64,000 nt of DNA, from positions 96,001 through 160,000 of the forward strand of contig CAWBGA010000005.1 in NCBI GenBank assembly GCA_963788195.1, in the 5' to 3' direction. Shown here piece by piece: positions 20,362 to 31,585 of this stretch. The notes beneath the pieces were generated by a model that ran no database searches, was not told where the DNA came from, and saw only the letters and a program-made list of their open reading frames with translations. Numbering within the stretch: the first letter of the stretch is position 1; each line of letters starts with the position of its first letter. Source of the DNA: Nitrospirota bacterium. GTDB taxonomy: Bacteria > Nitrospirota > Nitrospiria > Nitrospirales > NS-4. The translations under genes and the position numbers were made by a program.

Positions 20362-21662
20362 ATGAAACTGGAAGTCACCGAACTGGGGCCGGTCCAACGG
20401 TCCGTCAAAATTGAAGTGCCGGCGGAGGATGTGACCCAGCGATTCGACGCGGCCTATGCCGATTTGAAGCGCCGGGTGCATATTCCCGGTTTTCGTCCCG
20501 GCAAGGCCCCGTTGGCCATGCTTGAAAAGCGGTACGCGAAAGAAATCGAGGATGATGTGCTCCGACAACTGATTCCGGATTACTACCGCCGTGCGATGAA
20601 GGAGACTGGGTTTGATCCTGTCACGGTCGATATTCCTCCGTTGGAACGAATGAAGATCAAAAAGGGCGCTCCCCTCATCTTCACGACCACCGTCGAGATC
20701 AAACCAATTTTCGAGTTGCGGGAGTACAAAGGCCTGACTCTCAAACAGGACACGCGGACAATTGATGATGAGGAGTTGGCCAAGGCCATGCAGATCTTGC
20801 GGCAGCAACACGCTCAGTTGGAGGTGGTGCAAGAGGAGCGTGAGATTGCGGAGGGTGACTATGTGCAGGCGCGCATCGAGACATTTGAGGGCGCGGCGCC
20901 TTTGGAAGGAGTCAAGCCGGAAAACCATCTCATCCGGGTGGGGGACAAAGCGCCCGTCTCCGGTGTTGTGCTTGATGAGGTTCTTCTCGGGAAGAAAAAA
21001 GGCCAGATCGTGGAAGCGAAGCCTGCCGCAAGGCGCAGAGCCTACAAGCAGGAATCTGACCGTTCGCGCTACCATCTTAGAGCTCAAATCAAAGGTGCTT
21101 CCGGAACTTGATGACGAATTCGCGAAAGACCTCGGTGACTATAAGACATTGGACGAGCTGCGTGACAAGGTGAAAACGCAGTTGGAGCAGGGACTCCACC
21201 GAGACATTGAAGAGAAGTATAAGGATCAGCTCATGAAGCGGCTGGTGGACGTGCATCATTTCGAGTTGCCCGAGTCGCTGATACAGCGCGAACTCGACGC
21301 CATGATTCAAAATGCCCGCCAGCGTCGCCGGATGACCTGGGCGGAAGCACAGGGCGCGGGGGATGAGATGCCGACTGGAAGAAGCTCGCAAGCTGCGCGA
21401 GGAGTTTCTGCCGATGGCCAAAGAGCGAGTCCGGCTCGGGTTGGTGTTGGAAGCGATCGCCAAAAAAGAAGGAATTGCCGTCGCTGAATCGGACGTCGAA
21501 CATGAATGCCGTCTCATGGCCCGGGCAATGAAGGTCGACACGGCGGAAATCCAAAAGTTGCTGTTGAGCGGCGGCCAGGAAGCGGTTGAAGATTTGCGTT
21601 CGCGAATTCTTGCCGATAAAGCATTGCAATTCGTCTATCAAAAAGCCATTATTCAAATATAG
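20362..21662 (+). CDS. tig: trigger factor, two apparent frameshifts (~21019, ~21374)
   Basis: IPGFRPGKAP signature, LPELDDEFAKD, RVRLGLVLEAIAKKEGI; tig-clpP-clpX order. Confidence 0.93.
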
Positions 21663-21710
21663 TGATGAGTCCTGTTCCCTATTTATTCTTTGCAAGATTG
21701 AGAGCAAGAC

Positions 21711-22385
21711 ATGAGAGAATCAGGCCAAATGCTTATTCCAATGGTGATCGAGCAGACAAACCGCGGGGAACGGGCCTATGACATCTATTCACGGTTACTG
21801 AAAGACCGGATTATTTTCGTCGGTACCCCCATTGACGACACCGTCTCCAACGTGATCATCGCGCAACTGCTGTTCCTCGAAGCCGAAGATCCGGAGAAGG
21901 ACATTAATATCTATGTCAATTCGCCCGGCGGGTTAGTCACCGCGGGTCTGGCGATCTACGATACGATGCAGTACGTCAAGCCATCGATTGCAACAATCTG
22001 CGTGGGGCAGGCCGCGAGTATGGGCTCCCTGCTTCTGACCGCGGGAACGAAGGGCAAGCGTTACGCCCTCCCGAACGCGCGGATCATGATCCACCAGCCG
22101 AGCGGCGGTTTTCAAGGGCAGGCGACCGATATCGGGATCCAGGCCGAGGAGATCATCAAGATTCGCAAGCGCCTTGACGAGATCATGGCCAAACATACCG
22201 GTCAAACGATTGAGCGCGTGCACCATGACTCTGAGCGGGACTATTTTCTTTCGGCGGAGGAGGCCAGGATCTATGGCCTTATCGACGAGGTCATTGTCCG
22301 GGTACCGAAAGAGCTGCGGCCCGTGAAGGACCTTAAGGACATGAAAATTACCACCGATAAGGATAAGGATAAAGATGGAAAATAG
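21711..22385 (+). CDS. clpP: ATP-dependent Clp protease proteolytic subunit
   Basis: [31 protein letters not shown]. Confidence 0.98.
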   Translation: MRESGQMLIPMVIEQTNRGERAYDIYSRLLKDRIIFVGTPIDDTVSNVIIAQLLFLEAEDPEKDINIYVNSPGGLVTAGLAIYDTMQYVKPSIATICVGQAASMGSLLLTAGTKGKRYALPNARIMIHQPSGGFQGQATDIGIQAEEIIKIRKRLDEIMAKHTGQTIERVHHDSERDYFLSAEEARIYGLIDEVIVRVPKELRPVKDLKDMKITTDKDKDKDGK

Positions 22386-22403
22386 GAGCGCGCAAAGACC
22401 CTA

Positions 22404-23654
22404 ATGCCCAAGCAAGAAAAGACAGAAGCCCAGCTGCGGTGCTCGTTTTGCGGAAAGGGGCGTGAAGAAGTTCGCAAGTTGATCGCGGGACCCACCGTGT
22501 ACATCTGCGATGAGTGCGTGGATCTGTGCAACGATATCATCGCCGAAGACCTCGAAGGGCGGCAGGAGACGATCTCGTCGAAGCTTCCGAAGCCGAAGGA
22601 GATCATGCGCACGCTGGACCAGTACGTCATCGGGCAGGAGCGCGCCAAGAAGGTCCTCTCCGTCGCCGTCCATAATCACTACAAGCGGATCAGCGCCAAC
22701 TCCATGGATGAAGTGGAGCTGCAGAAGGGCAACATTCTTCTGATCGGTCCCACCGGCACGGGTAAGACATTACTGGCGCAGACGCTGGCCCGTATCCTGG
22801 ACGTGCCGTTCACCATCGCCGATGCAACGACGTTAACTGAGGCGGGCTATGTCGGCGAGGATGTGGAAAACATCATTCTCAAGCTCCTCCAAGCCGCGGA
22901 TTACGATGTGGAGCGGACCGAACGCGGGATTGTCTACATCGATGAGATCGACAAGATCAGCCGCAAGAGCGACAGTCCTTCCATCACCCGCGATGTCTCC
23001 GGGGAAGGGGTCCAGCAGGCCTTGCTGAAGCTGATCGAGGGAACCGTGGCGAATGTTCCGCCGCAAGGCGGCCGGAAACATCCGCATCAGGAATTCATCC
23101 GGGTGGAAACGAGCAATATCCTGTTCATCTGCGGCGGCGCCTTCGTCGGCCTGGACATGATCGTGGGTCAGCGGCTCAACCAGAAATCGATCGGCTTCGG
23201 CGCCGAGGTCAAAGGCAAGAGCGAGCGGCGCATGGGGTACCTCTTATCCCAGGTTCAACCGGAGGATCTCCTCAAGTACGGGCTCATTCCGGAGTTTGTC
23301 GGCCGGCTCCCTGTGCTCGCGACGCTTGACGAATTGGATGAGAAGGCGCTGATTCGCATCATGACAGAGCCAAAGAACGCCCTGCTCAAACAGTACGAGA
23401 AGCTGTTAGCGTTCGACAAGGTCAAATTGCGGTTCACCGACAACGCCATCGTCGCGGTGGCGCGCAAGGCCTATAAGCAGAAGACCGGCGCGCGCGGCTT
23501 ACGTTCTATCCTGGAAGAGGTCATGCTGGACGTGATGTATGAGATTCCATCGCAACGCGAGATTCGCGAATGCGTCATTACCGAGGATGTCACCGAAGGC
23601 AAGTGTCCTCCGCTGCTGATCAAGGACCCCGAAAAGGGCGCCAAGTCCGCCTAG
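22404..23654 (+). CDS. clpX: Clp protease ATP-binding subunit
   Basis: CSFCGK zinc finger, [25 protein letters not shown] loop, TGARGLR. Confidence 0.98.
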   Translation: MPKQEKTEAQLRCSFCGKGREEVRKLIAGPTVYICDECVDLCNDIIAEDLEGRQETISSKLPKPKEIMRTLDQYVIGQERAKKVLSVAVHNHYKRISANSMDEVELQKGNILLIGPTGTGKTLLAQTLARILDVPFTIADATTLTEAGYVGEDVENIILKLLQAADYDVERTERGIVYIDEIDKISRKSDSPSITRDVSGEGVQQALLKLIEGTVANVPPQGGRKHPHQEFIRVETSNILFICGGAFVGLDMIVGQRLNQKSIGFGAEVKGKSERRMGYLLSQVQPEDLLKYGLIPEFVGRLPVLATLDELDEKALIRIMTEPKNALLKQYEKLLAFDKVKLRFTDNAIVAVARKAYKQKTGARGLRSILEEVMLDVMYEIPSQREIRECVITEDVTEGKCPPLLIKDPEKGAKSA

Positions 23655-23742
23655 AGCGTCCGCCATTCGCGACCCCCCGCCTTCAGTCCGCGTCCAATCT
23701 TCCGGCGGCTTTGTACTTGTCAAAGGACTTCTCCTCTTCATC

Positions 23743-24417
23743 GTGGCGTGCACGGCCGCCCTCGGACTCTACTGGTATCTCACGTTCCCCGATGTCACGG
23801 CTCTCGCCAAGACCAATCCCCGTTCCACCGCCTTCATCGAGGCTCGGGCGAGAGAGGTAAAGGAGCAGGGTGGATCGGTCAGGCCACTGCGGATCTGGAT
23901 GCCGCTGTCGCGGATTTCCCCGCATCTACAGCGCGCCGTCATCATCGCCGAAGACGCATCATTTTATCACCACCACGGGTTTGACTGGGAGGGGATCAGA
24001 GACGCCGCCTCGCGCAACTGGGATCAGGGGGACGTACGCCGCGGAGGCAGCACCATCACTCAGCAACTTGCGAAGAATCTCTATCTTTCACCCGAAAAAA
24101 ACTACTTGCGGAAGATTCACGAAGCGATCATCACGCGGGTTCTGGAAAAGCGTTTGACCAAAAGGCGGATCCTCGAACTGTATTTGAATGTCGTGGAGTG
24201 GGGCGACGGAATCTATGGAGCCGAGGCCGCTGCGCGGCATCACTTCGGGAAGTTGGCGCAAGACCTGGACCGCGACGAAGCCGCCCTTCTCGCCGCTATT
24301 CTACCGTCGCCGCGCCGGTACGATCCTTTGCGGGTGACCACGTTTCTGACTAAACGACAACAGCAGATCCTCCGGTGGATGCCGGACGGCCCGATCCAGG
24401 TGAAGGACGCTGATTGA
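23743..24417 (+). CDS. mtgA: monofunctional peptidoglycan transglycosylase
   Basis: AEDASFYHHHGFD, RGGSTITQQLAKNL, KRRILELYLN. Confidence 0.92.
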   Translation: MACTAALGLYWYLTFPDVTALAKTNPRSTAFIEARAREVKEQGGSVRPLRIWMPLSRISPHLQRAVIIAEDASFYHHHGFDWEGIRDAASRNWDQGDVRRGGSTITQQLAKNLYLSPEKNYLRKIHEAIITRVLEKRLTKRRILELYLNVVEWGDGIYGAEAAARHHFGKLAQDLDRDEAALLAAILPSPRRYDPLRVTTFLTKRQQQILRWMPDGPIQVKDAD

Positions 24418-24426
24418 GGAGACCAT

Positions 24427-24747
24427 ATGGCTTGGCTGAATCTATTGATCGCAGGTGTGTTTGAAGTCGTCTGGGCGATCGGTTTAAAGTATACAGAAGG
24501 GTTCACGAGGCTCTGGCCGAGCGTTGTGACCCTTGCCGCCATGGTTGCCAGCATCGTTTTTCTGGCGCAGGCGCTAAGGTCGATTCCCCTTGGAACCGGC
24601 TATGCGGTCTGGACAGGTATTGGAGCGGTTGGTACGGCCATTTTCGGCATCGTTCTGTTCGGAGAATCCCGAAATCTCCTCCGGCTTACTTCCATTATGG
24701 TGATCGTCATAGGAATCATCGGTCTGCGGTTGACTTCGCTCGAGTAA
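24427..24747 (+). CDS. sugE: SMR efflux protein, Gdx/SugE subtype
   Basis: [34 protein letters not shown]. Confidence 0.9.
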   Translation: MAWLNLLIAGVFEVVWAIGLKYTEGFTRLWPSVVTLAAMVASIVFLAQALRSIPLGTGYAVWTGIGAVGTAIFGIVLFGESRNLLRLTSIMVIVIGIIGLRLTSLE

Positions 24748-24758
24748 CGAGCCGGGAG

Positions 24759-25832
24759 TCATTTTAATTTCTCGATTCGCAGGCCGATGAGCCGGATCAA
24801 TTTCGACTCCGGATTCTCGCGGCTATCCAGAAACGGCATCAGAAGCTTGAGCGCCTCAAACTCCAAGATCGTGGAAGTGCCGGCCGCCCCGTCCATCGTG
24901 TGAGATCGAGAGCACGTTTTAAAATCCGCAAAGCGCACCGTGACGGTCACTGTGCGAAAGCCGGTCAAACCTCCCTCCAGGAGGCGCAAACAGAGACTCT
25001 CGCACATGGATTTCAGCCGCTCGGCGATGAAACCGGACTCCAGAGAGTCCCGTGCAAAAGTCTCCTGCTCGCTGATGGATTTCGTTTCGGAGTCGGCCTC
25101 AACCGGCGTCTCGTCCTGGGCACGCGCCCTGTCGTACACATCGAGGCCTCGCTTGCCAAGCCGTTCCTGTAACTCATGACGCGAGAACCGCTTTAAATCA
25201 CTGATCAACCGGACGCCCTCTCTCGCAAACGCGAGTTCCGTCTTGGGCCCGATGCCGGGAATTCTGCGGACCGGAAGGGACGCAAGAAAAGCTTGCGCGT
25301 CCTCTTCCCGCACGATCGTGAGGCCGTCAGGCTTATGCCGATCGGAGGCGATTTTCGCTACGAGTTTATTGGGACCGAGTCCTATCGACGCGCTAAGCCG
25401 TTCCTCGGCGGTGATGGCCTGCTTGATTTCGAGACTGACTGCTTCCGCTTTCTCAAACGACGCCGTGTATGTGAGATCGAGAAACGCTTCGTCGATGCCC
25501 GCTTCTTCCACCGTCGGCGCAAAACGCCGGAGGATATTCATGACCCGCCCGGATACCGCGCGATACTTCTCCATGTTGACGCTCAGGAACGTGACGGGTG
25601 GCTTGCCCTGTCGGCGCGCAGCTTCCGAAAGCCTCCAGGCCCTGGAGATGGGAAGCGCCGAGCGTATGCCGTATTCGCGGGCTTTATAATTGGCGGTAGA
25701 GACGACCCCGCGCCCTGTGCCGTCTTGAGGGTCCGAGCCCACCACGATCGGCAGGCCTTGAAAACGCGGCGTATCCCGCTCTTCAACGGCAGCGAAGAAC
25801 GCATCCATGTCGAGATGAGCAATGATGCGCAT
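24759..25832 (-). CDS. dinB: DNA polymerase IV
   Basis: HLDMDAFFAAVE, STANYKAR.YGI.S, GIDEAFLD, KPDG, RLIGL. Confidence 0.95.
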   Translation of the reverse strand: MRIIAHLDMDAFFAAVEERDTPRFQGLPIVVGSDPQDGTGRGVVSTANYKAREYGIRSALPISRAWRLSEAARRQGKPPVTFLSVNMEKYRAVSGRVMNILRRFAPTVEEAGIDEAFLDLTYTASFEKAEAVSLEIKQAITAEERLSASIGLGPNKLVAKIASDRHKPDGLTIVREEDAQAFLASLPVRRIPGIGPKTELAFAREGVRLISDLKRFSRHELQERLGKRGLDVYDRARAQDETPVEADSETKSISEQETFARDSLESGFIAERLKSMCESLCLRLLEGGLTGFRTVTVTVRFADFKTCSRSHTMDGAAGTSTILEFEALKLLMPFLDSRENPESKLIRLIGLRIEKLK

Positions 25833-25849
25833 GATGATTTGATTGTACG

Positions 25850-26015
25850 CGCGGGTCCTGTCCCCAATCAGCCCGGGCAGTCAGTGCGGGTCCTGCCACC
25901 AGTCACCCCCATCGGCTTCGCGAAGCGACTGCAGGCGACGGGGGCCCCCGACTGGTGTCACCCGCATCGACTGCAAGGAAATAAGTGCACGGGTCCCGCT
26001 CGGGACACCCGCTGG
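25850..26015. repeat. degenerate copy of the 28.3-28.9 kb repeat family
   Basis: GCGGGTCCTGTC and TGTCACCCGCATC...TGCAAGG...AAGTGC...CCCGCTCGG..CACCCGC shared with 28790-28845. Confidence 0.6.
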
Positions 26016-26047
26016 ACCTGTATCATTATGCGCTATGGGAAGAAGAG

Positions 26048-26133
26048 AAAAAGGGGACAGGCTATTTATCTCCCTGGACGAACTACTTCAGCGCCTCGGG
26101 TTAAGACAGAGAAACAAATCTGTCCCCTTTTTT
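26048..26133. repeat. paired inverted repeat (GGGGACAG family, MITE/REPIN-like)
   Basis: AAAAAGGGGACAGGCTATTT ... AAATCTGTCCCCTTTTT. Confidence 0.75.
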
Positions 26134-26155
26134 GAACTAGGTAACGAAGGACGAA

Positions 26156-26704
26156 CTACAAGAGGTGCGTGAGAATTTCCCGCCAGGTTTTTACGCGCAT
26201 GACATTGGGATGAGTAAGGGGTTGGCTATTCCAAGGGCGCGTCATCAGAAAAACCTGCGCGCCGGTTTCGGCGATCCGATGGGCATGCTCATGCCGGTCT
26301 TCAACGAACGCCTGATAGGGAATACCGAGCGCGTGCTTTTCGTCATTGAAATGAAGCTGGTCGTAGGGAATGCCTTTTCTTCGCAGCCAGTGCTCGGTCC
26401 CCGCTTTCGACGCCGGGTTCCGGCTTGTCACCAGTGCGATCTGGAATCGCTTTGCCAGTGACATCAAAGCGGCCTTCGCTCCGGGAATCACCTTGAGTGT
26501 GCGGCAAAGGTCACTATTGAAGACCTCAAACAACTCAGTGAGCTGCGCCTGCGTGACGCCGTATGCCGAGTAATCATATTCAGTGATGTCTTCCTGTTCC
26601 AGGCCTATGAGAAACTTAAGTCGTATCGCCTCGCGCAAGCAGGCATCGGATTGAGCCAGCACATTGTCGATGTCCACGCCGAGGATTGGTTTCTCTTGCA
26701 CCAT
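26156..26704 (-). CDS. HAD-superfamily 5'(3')-nucleotidase, NT5C-like
   Basis: GVDIDNVLA, LVTSR, FVED, RPWN, RVKTW.EI. Confidence 0.85.
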   Translation of the reverse strand: MVQEKPILGVDIDNVLAQSDACLREAIRLKFLIGLEQEDITEYDYSAYGVTQAQLTELFEVFNSDLCRTLKVIPGAKAALMSLAKRFQIALVTSRNPASKAGTEHWLRRKGIPYDQLHFNDEKHALGIPYQAFVEDRHEHAHRIAETGAQVFLMTRPWNSQPLTHPNVMRVKTWREILTHLL

Positions 26705-26718
26705 GGCCCGTAGTGTTC

Positions 26719-27480
26719 TTACTGCAATCCGGATTTTGCAAGCAGACGGACGTGGTCATCAGGATCGCCAAGAGCACGGGTGAGAGCTTCCCGTGCCGTA
26801 GAGTCCCCGATTTTTCCCAGATGGAAAGCCGCTTCGATTCGCACGCCTGGACTGGGGTCCGTCTTGAGCACACGAGCAAGAGATGCGGCCGCATCCTGAT
26901 CGGCAATGTCGGCGACAGCCGCCACCGCCCATCGGCGAACAATGGGGTCTTGATCGTGAAGCAATGGGCCCACAATCGCGGAACTTCCGACAATGGCCAT
27001 GCCCCCTAAGGCGGCCGCCGCGAGGCGCTTGCTATCGCTGGTGGTATCCTGCGCGAGGAGCCGTGCCTCCAAACGTTGAAGACTGGTACCGGCCTCACCC
27101 GTCCGGCCTAAAGCTGGTGAGGCACTCTCACGTACGCCGGGGTCGGCATCGAAAAGCAGCGGGATCAAAGCATGGCGCGCCAATGTGCTTTCATTACCGA
27201 TCATGCCCACGGCCCATGCCGCCTGGCGTCGAACGCCGGGAGCGGGATCGTTCAACGCCTCGATCAGAGCCGGGAGCGCCTCTATCCGGCCGATCTTTCC
27301 CAGCGATTGTGCGGCGGTTTGGCGTTGCGACGGGTCCGGATCTTTAAGAACCTGGAGCAACAGGAGGACGGCCTTCTCCGGAACAGGCTCAGTGTAATCT
27401 GTGGAAACAATGCAGCCCGGTAGGCCCAGCCCAGCCAGCAGCAATATCCCACCGGTGACAAGGCGGGATGTTCCAAGCAC
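26719..27480 (-). CDS. HEAT-repeat lipoprotein
   Basis: Lipobox LPGC; repeated D.DP.VR..AA.ALG units. Confidence 0.85.
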   Translation of the reverse strand: MLGTSRLVTGGILLLAGLGLPGCIVSTDYTEPVPEKAVLLLLQVLKDPDPSQRQTAAQSLGKIGRIEALPALIEALNDPAPGVRRQAAWAVGMIGNESTLARHALIPLLFDADPGVRESASPALGRTGEAGTSLQRLEARLLAQDTTSDSKRLAAAALGGMAIVGSSAIVGPLLHDQDPIVRRWAVAAVADIADQDAAASLARVLKTDPSPGVRIEAAFHLGKIGDSTAREALTRALGDPDDHVRLLAKSGLQ

Positions 27481-27482
27481 GG

Positions 27483-28292
27483 CTAACCGGATTTCTGCGG
27501 TGGCTCGTCAAGCTTCGGCGCTTGCTTGACCTGATCGATACTGGCCTGGATTTCTTTTTGGGCCGCTTCCATCTCGGCCTTGATGGTGTGCATTTCAGGG
27601 TCTACAGCCCGGCGGACATCGTTTGCAGCTTCTCGAAACGTGCGGAGCGCATCGCCAAGACCGGCGCCGATCGCCTGCAGATCCTGAGGGGTTGGTCCCT
27701 TGCCGGCCGCGTGCGTTGGATGAGCGCTTGCGTGCGGCACGAGCGCCGGATCGGAGATACCGGCCGCTTCGGCAGCCTGGGAATCCTTGGTTTTCATCGC
27801 GGCTTGCTGTTTCATCACCCGGTTGACGGCGTCCTTATTCACGACAGCTTTAAAGGCTGGTTCCTGCGTGGCTGCGCCAGGGTCGGCTGTTGGACTCCCG
27901 GTGGAAGGTGGAGGAGGCGCCGCCGGAGGGGGCGCCACAGGTTTCCACGACTGTTGTGCGACCATATAGGCAGTGGTCCCCGGCGTGGCCGCCGGGCCCA
28001 TCTGTGGTGGGACCGGGGCTGGGCCGGGTGGCGGCCCCATCGCAGTAGATGCCGGTGCAGATGTTGGACCCGCTGTCGCCTGGGTCGGCGTAGGAGGAAC
28101 CACATGCGCATCCGTTGCTTGGGCCTGCTCGGGAGACGCGATCGGCTCCTCTGCCTCGCGAATCTCTTTTTTAAAGCCCTTCAGAGCTTTCCCCATTCCT
28201 TCGCCGATCTTCGGTAGTTTCCCAGCGCCGAAGATGATCAAGACGATCACGAGGATTAGGATAAGTTCGGTAATGCCTAAAGATCCAAACAT
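27483..28292 (-). CDS. tatA: TatA/TatB-family translocase subunit with long Pro/Ala-rich extension
   Basis: [42 protein letters not shown]. Confidence 0.85.
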   Translation of the reverse strand: MFGSLGITELILILVIVLIIFGAGKLPKIGEGMGKALKGFKKEIREAEEPIASPEQAQATDAHVVPPTPTQATAGPTSAPASTAMGPPPGPAPVPPQMGPAATPGTTAYMVAQQSWKPVAPPPAAPPPPSTGSPTADPGAATQEPAFKAVVNKDAVNRVMKQQAAMKTKDSQAAEAAGISDPALVPHASAHPTHAAGKGPTPQDLQAIGAGLGDALRTFREAANDVRRAVDPEMHTIKAEMEAAQKEIQASIDQVKQAPKLDEPPQKSG

Positions 28293-28343
28293 AGAGATTA
28301 CTGTACCCGGCTGTTTCGAAGGCTGTCAAGGATGGCTCCGATT

Positions 28344-28910
28344 TGGGTGCGGGTCCTGTCGCCGAGCAGCCCGGCCGTGCTCGCTCCCGAAGCCCAAGTC
28401 GCTGCGCTCGGCCCGGGCCTCCGCTCGGCGCCCCCCGCACGCAAATCTACGCTGAGTGAAGGTCGGGTCGGGGTGCGGGGCCTGTCGCCGAGCAGCCCAG
28501 CCCTGCTCGCTCCCGAAGCCCCAAGTCGCTGCGCTCGGCCATGTGGAAAAGGACGCGTCTTGGCGCGTCCAGGGTGGGCGGGTGCAATGGCCCCGCTCGG
28601 CGCCACCCGCTCACCAAATCTACGCTGAGTGAAGGTCGGGTCGGGGTGCGGGGCCTGTCGCCGAGCAGCCCAGCCCTGCTCGCTCCCGAAGCCCAAGTCG
28701 CTGCGCTCGGCCATGTGGAAAAGGACGCGTCTTGGCGCGTCCAGGGTGGGCGGGTGCAATGGCCCCGCTCGGTGCCACCCACACGACTCGTGTCACCCGC
28801 ATCTGCAAGGTAACAAGTGCTGGTTTCCCGTTCGGCGCCACCCGCAACCAAATCTGCGCTGACTGAAGGTCGGATCGGGTGCGGGTCCTGTCGGCGAACC
28901 CTGCCGTGCT
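28344..28910 (+). repeat. tandem array of ~173-bp composite palindromic units
   Basis: CAAATCTACGCTGAGTGAAGGTCGG... at 28442 and 28615, diverged at 28849, partial unit from 28344; each full unit carries a GTCTTGGC hairpin. Confidence 0.9.
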
Positions 28911-28963
28911 TGGCGTTTCTGTAAATTGACTCCCCTTCGTTTCCCCGCTACCCTGACGCCTTC

Positions 28964-29383
28964 ATGAACGACGACTTTCGCATTACGTTCTTCTTTGGAC
29001 CCGATGCCGTTCCCGATCGTCCGGACGTCCGCATGTGTGTTTTCAATGTCAAGAAGCGAAGCTGGAAGGGCGGGGTGCAGGTCGGCGTCGAGTTGACAGA
29101 CGAACAACTGACACGGTTGCGACAGATGGGTCAGCTGGATGAGCTGATCGAGATGATTCGCGCCAAAGCCGACCCGGAAGATTTTACCGAGCATGAGCGA
29201 CACGCCCGCGATCTTTTCGTTCAGAACGTATGCTGGGCCAAGCTTGATCTTGCGATCGCGTCCGGCATAACCCAGGAGAATCAAACGATCGCCGCACCCG
29301 CACTCATGGATGAGCTGGAACGGCAAGTGCTGTCAGGAAGGGGCAGGATTCATGAGTCCATTCTCTCGGACCTGGATCTCTAG
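28964..29383 (+). CDS. hypothetical protein
   Basis: 139-aa ORF abutting the downstream methyltransferase; protein-like composition. Confidence 0.65.
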   Translation: MNDDFRITFFFGPDAVPDRPDVRMCVFNVKKRSWKGGVQVGVELTDEQLTRLRQMGQLDELIEMIRAKADPEDFTEHERHARDLFVQNVCWAKLDLAIASGITQENQTIAAPALMDELERQVLSGRGRIHESILSDLDL

Positions 29384-29384
29384 G

Positions 29385-30233
29385 GTGCCTAACAAACGAC
29401 TGCGATCCAAGGCTGAAGCCTATAAACAGACCGAACAACGAGCGTGGAACAACTTCTCCCGCCGCTACACCAAGGTCGCCCTTCATGAGTTCAAACCGTA
29501 TGGGGATCGCCTGATCAAGTTGGCGCAGGTGCGCCGGGGCATGTGGGTCCTTGATGTCGCGACTGGGCCGGGGGAGCCGGCGCTGACAATAGCCCCGCTG
29601 GTCGCTCCCGGAGGCCTGGTGCTGGGCATTGATTTTTCATCGACGATGCTGAGGACGGCAGCCGCCCGGGCTCGGGAGTCCGGTATTTGTAATGTGCAAT
29701 TTCAGCGCATGGACGCGGAGCGATTGAACCTTCCCGATATGATGTTCGACCGCGTGTTTTCCCGCTTTGGGCTCATGTTGATGCCCGATGCAGACCAGGC
29801 TCTTGCCGAGATGTATCGTGTCTTGGTACCCGAGGGCCGCGCGGTCGTCGCGGTGTGGAGCGCCAAGACAAAGGTCAATACTCTCGGAATCGTGCGCGAG
29901 GCGCTTGTTCGATACAACGCATTTACTCCTCCCATCGGCGCCCCCGATTTTTTTCGCTTCGGAAAAGCAGGCGCTCTCGAGCGGGCTCTCCGAACCGCAG
30001 GCTTTCGAGATATCCGAAGCGAGCGTATGACGCGCGAATGGGTCTTCGCGAATCCGGATGAGTTTTGGAACTCGATGAAGGAAGGACCGTCTCTCAAACG
30101 GGCACTCGCCGGGCTGTCCGAATCTCGACGGCAGGCGATCAAAGAAACGGTCGTGCATCGGCTGAGGCGTTTTATCAAACGCGGCGCCCTGCGGATTCCC
30201 AACGAAGCAGTCCTCGGGGTCGGGTACAAATGA
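29385..30233 (+). CDS. class I SAM-dependent methyltransferase (UbiE-like)
   Basis: VLDVATGPG, GIDFS..ML, MDAERL, FDRVFSRFGLM, RVLVPEGR. Confidence 0.9.
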   Translation: MPNKRLRSKAEAYKQTEQRAWNNFSRRYTKVALHEFKPYGDRLIKLAQVRRGMWVLDVATGPGEPALTIAPLVAPGGLVLGIDFSSTMLRTAAARARESGICNVQFQRMDAERLNLPDMMFDRVFSRFGLMLMPDADQALAEMYRVLVPEGRAVVAVWSAKTKVNTLGIVREALVRYNAFTPPIGAPDFFRFGKAGALERALRTAGFRDIRSERMTREWVFANPDEFWNSMKEGPSLKRALAGLSESRRQAIKETVVHRLRRFIKRGALRIPNEAVLGVGYK

Positions 30234-30339
30234 ATCCTGACCTGCCCTTTTTCTTGAATTGCAGGAGAATCTTATATATAAAGATTGTTGGTATACTCTC
30301 CATGTCTTCTGAAATTCCATCTACCAAAGGAGAATATAG

Positions 30340-30781
30340 ATGAATCAGAACCTCATGCGGCTGGTGGTATTCAGCCTTGTCCTGGCTCTCAGTCTGAATC
30401 CTTTGGCATTCGCGGCTGAGGGAGAAGCTGGTGGAAAGCACGGCGGGTGATGACGTTGGCATCGGGGTCGCGAGCTTTTTGGTTTCCATCCCTTACTTTG
30501 TGGCAAAAAGCGTAACCGCACTATTGGGAGGCATTGTGGGAGGGTTCACCTACCTCCTCTCCGGGTTTAATAAAAATGCAGCCGATCAGGTTTGGTACAC
30601 GACCATTCCGGGAGATTACATCATTACCCCCGATCATCTAAGAGGCAAACGAGACATCCGGTTCACCGGTGTTCCCCCAGAGCAGCGTTCACCAGAGAGT
30701 CGCACTATGGAGAGTCGCACCCCGGACGATCGCCTCCCGGAGGATCGCGTACCAGAGACCCGCGCCCCGGAGGCTCGCTGA
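30340..30781 (+). CDS. secreted/membrane hypothetical protein, apparent frameshift near 30430
   Basis: AAGGAG RBS; signal peptide MNQNLMRLVVFSLVLALSLNPLAFA joins ESTAGDDVGIGVASFL in the shifted frame. Confidence 0.65.
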
Positions 30782-30809
30782 GGGGATGGACCTTGCGTGA
30801 GCCTCCTGG

Positions 30810-31583
30810 ATGCCTAAGCCCCTGATCGGCATCGCTCCAGATTTTAATCCCGCTTCCGATCGTAAAGGAGGGGAGCGCGAGGCCATACTTTTTATTAAAA
30901 ACCGGTATGTCGCCGCGGTGGAGGCCGCCGGCGGTATCCCGGTGATCCTTCCGATTATTAATAATCCCGCGCTGTGTGCCGCATTATTAAAAAGCCTTGA
31001 CGGCCTGCTTTTGACAGGTAGCGGTCCGGACATCGATCCCCGGCGTTATGGCGAACGCCAGCGTTTCACGTTCAAGGTGATGAGCCCCGAACGCACCCAG
31101 TCGGAATATGCCCTCGTCCTCCAGGCCCGCAAGCGTGATTTACCGGTATTGGGAATCTGCGGAGGCATGCAATTGATGACCGTAGCTCTTGGAGGGACGC
31201 TGATCCAGGATATTGACAAGCAGGTGGAGGACTCTTTGCAGCATCGCATGACCGGGCCGGCCACCGGGGTCTGCCATGGGGTGCGGATCGCGCGAGGAAG
31301 CCGCCTCAGTGAAATCCTTGGACGTGAGGTGTTTCAGGTCAATAGCTCACACCATCAAGCCGTAAAGACTGTCCCCAGGACGTTGAAGGTCAGTGCCTCC
31401 GCTTCGGACGGCGTCATTGAGGCCGTGGAGGACCCAAGCAGGCGGTTCTTTCTAGGCGTTCAGTGGCATCCTGAATATCTGTACCGGCGATACCCAGCCC
31501 ATGCGGCTATCTTCGGCGCTCTCGTCTCCGCAGCGCGTCACTCGCGAGCCCTCCCAGCCACACATTCAAGGGCGCGCGCCTGA
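30810..31583 (+). CDS. gamma-glutamyl-gamma-aminobutyrate hydrolase family (peptidase C26, PuuD-like)
   Basis: DGLLLTG, LGICGGMQ, VNSSHHQAV, GVQWHPE. Confidence 0.9.
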   Translation: MPKPLIGIAPDFNPASDRKGGEREAILFIKNRYVAAVEAAGGIPVILPIINNPALCAALLKSLDGLLLTGSGPDIDPRRYGERQRFTFKVMSPERTQSEYALVLQARKRDLPVLGICGGMQLMTVALGGTLIQDIDKQVEDSLQHRMTGPATGVCHGVRIARGSRLSEILGREVFQVNSSHHQAVKTVPRTLKVSASASDGVIEAVEDPSRRFFLGVQWHPEYLYRRYPAHAAIFGALVSAARHSRALPATHSRARA

Positions 31584-31585
31584 CG

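Noticed and set aside
24375..24426. Guanidine riboswitch upstream of sugE/gdx
   Set aside because: Only a lone GG-ACGG-CC inside the mtgA coding region; no second ACGR hairpin and no ykkC-I/III consensus.
28298..28862. ORFs across the 28.3-28.9 kb array, or a CRISPR/attC array
   Set aside because: The ORFs are translations of GC-rich repeat DNA; there are no spacers, cassettes, integrase or cas genes.
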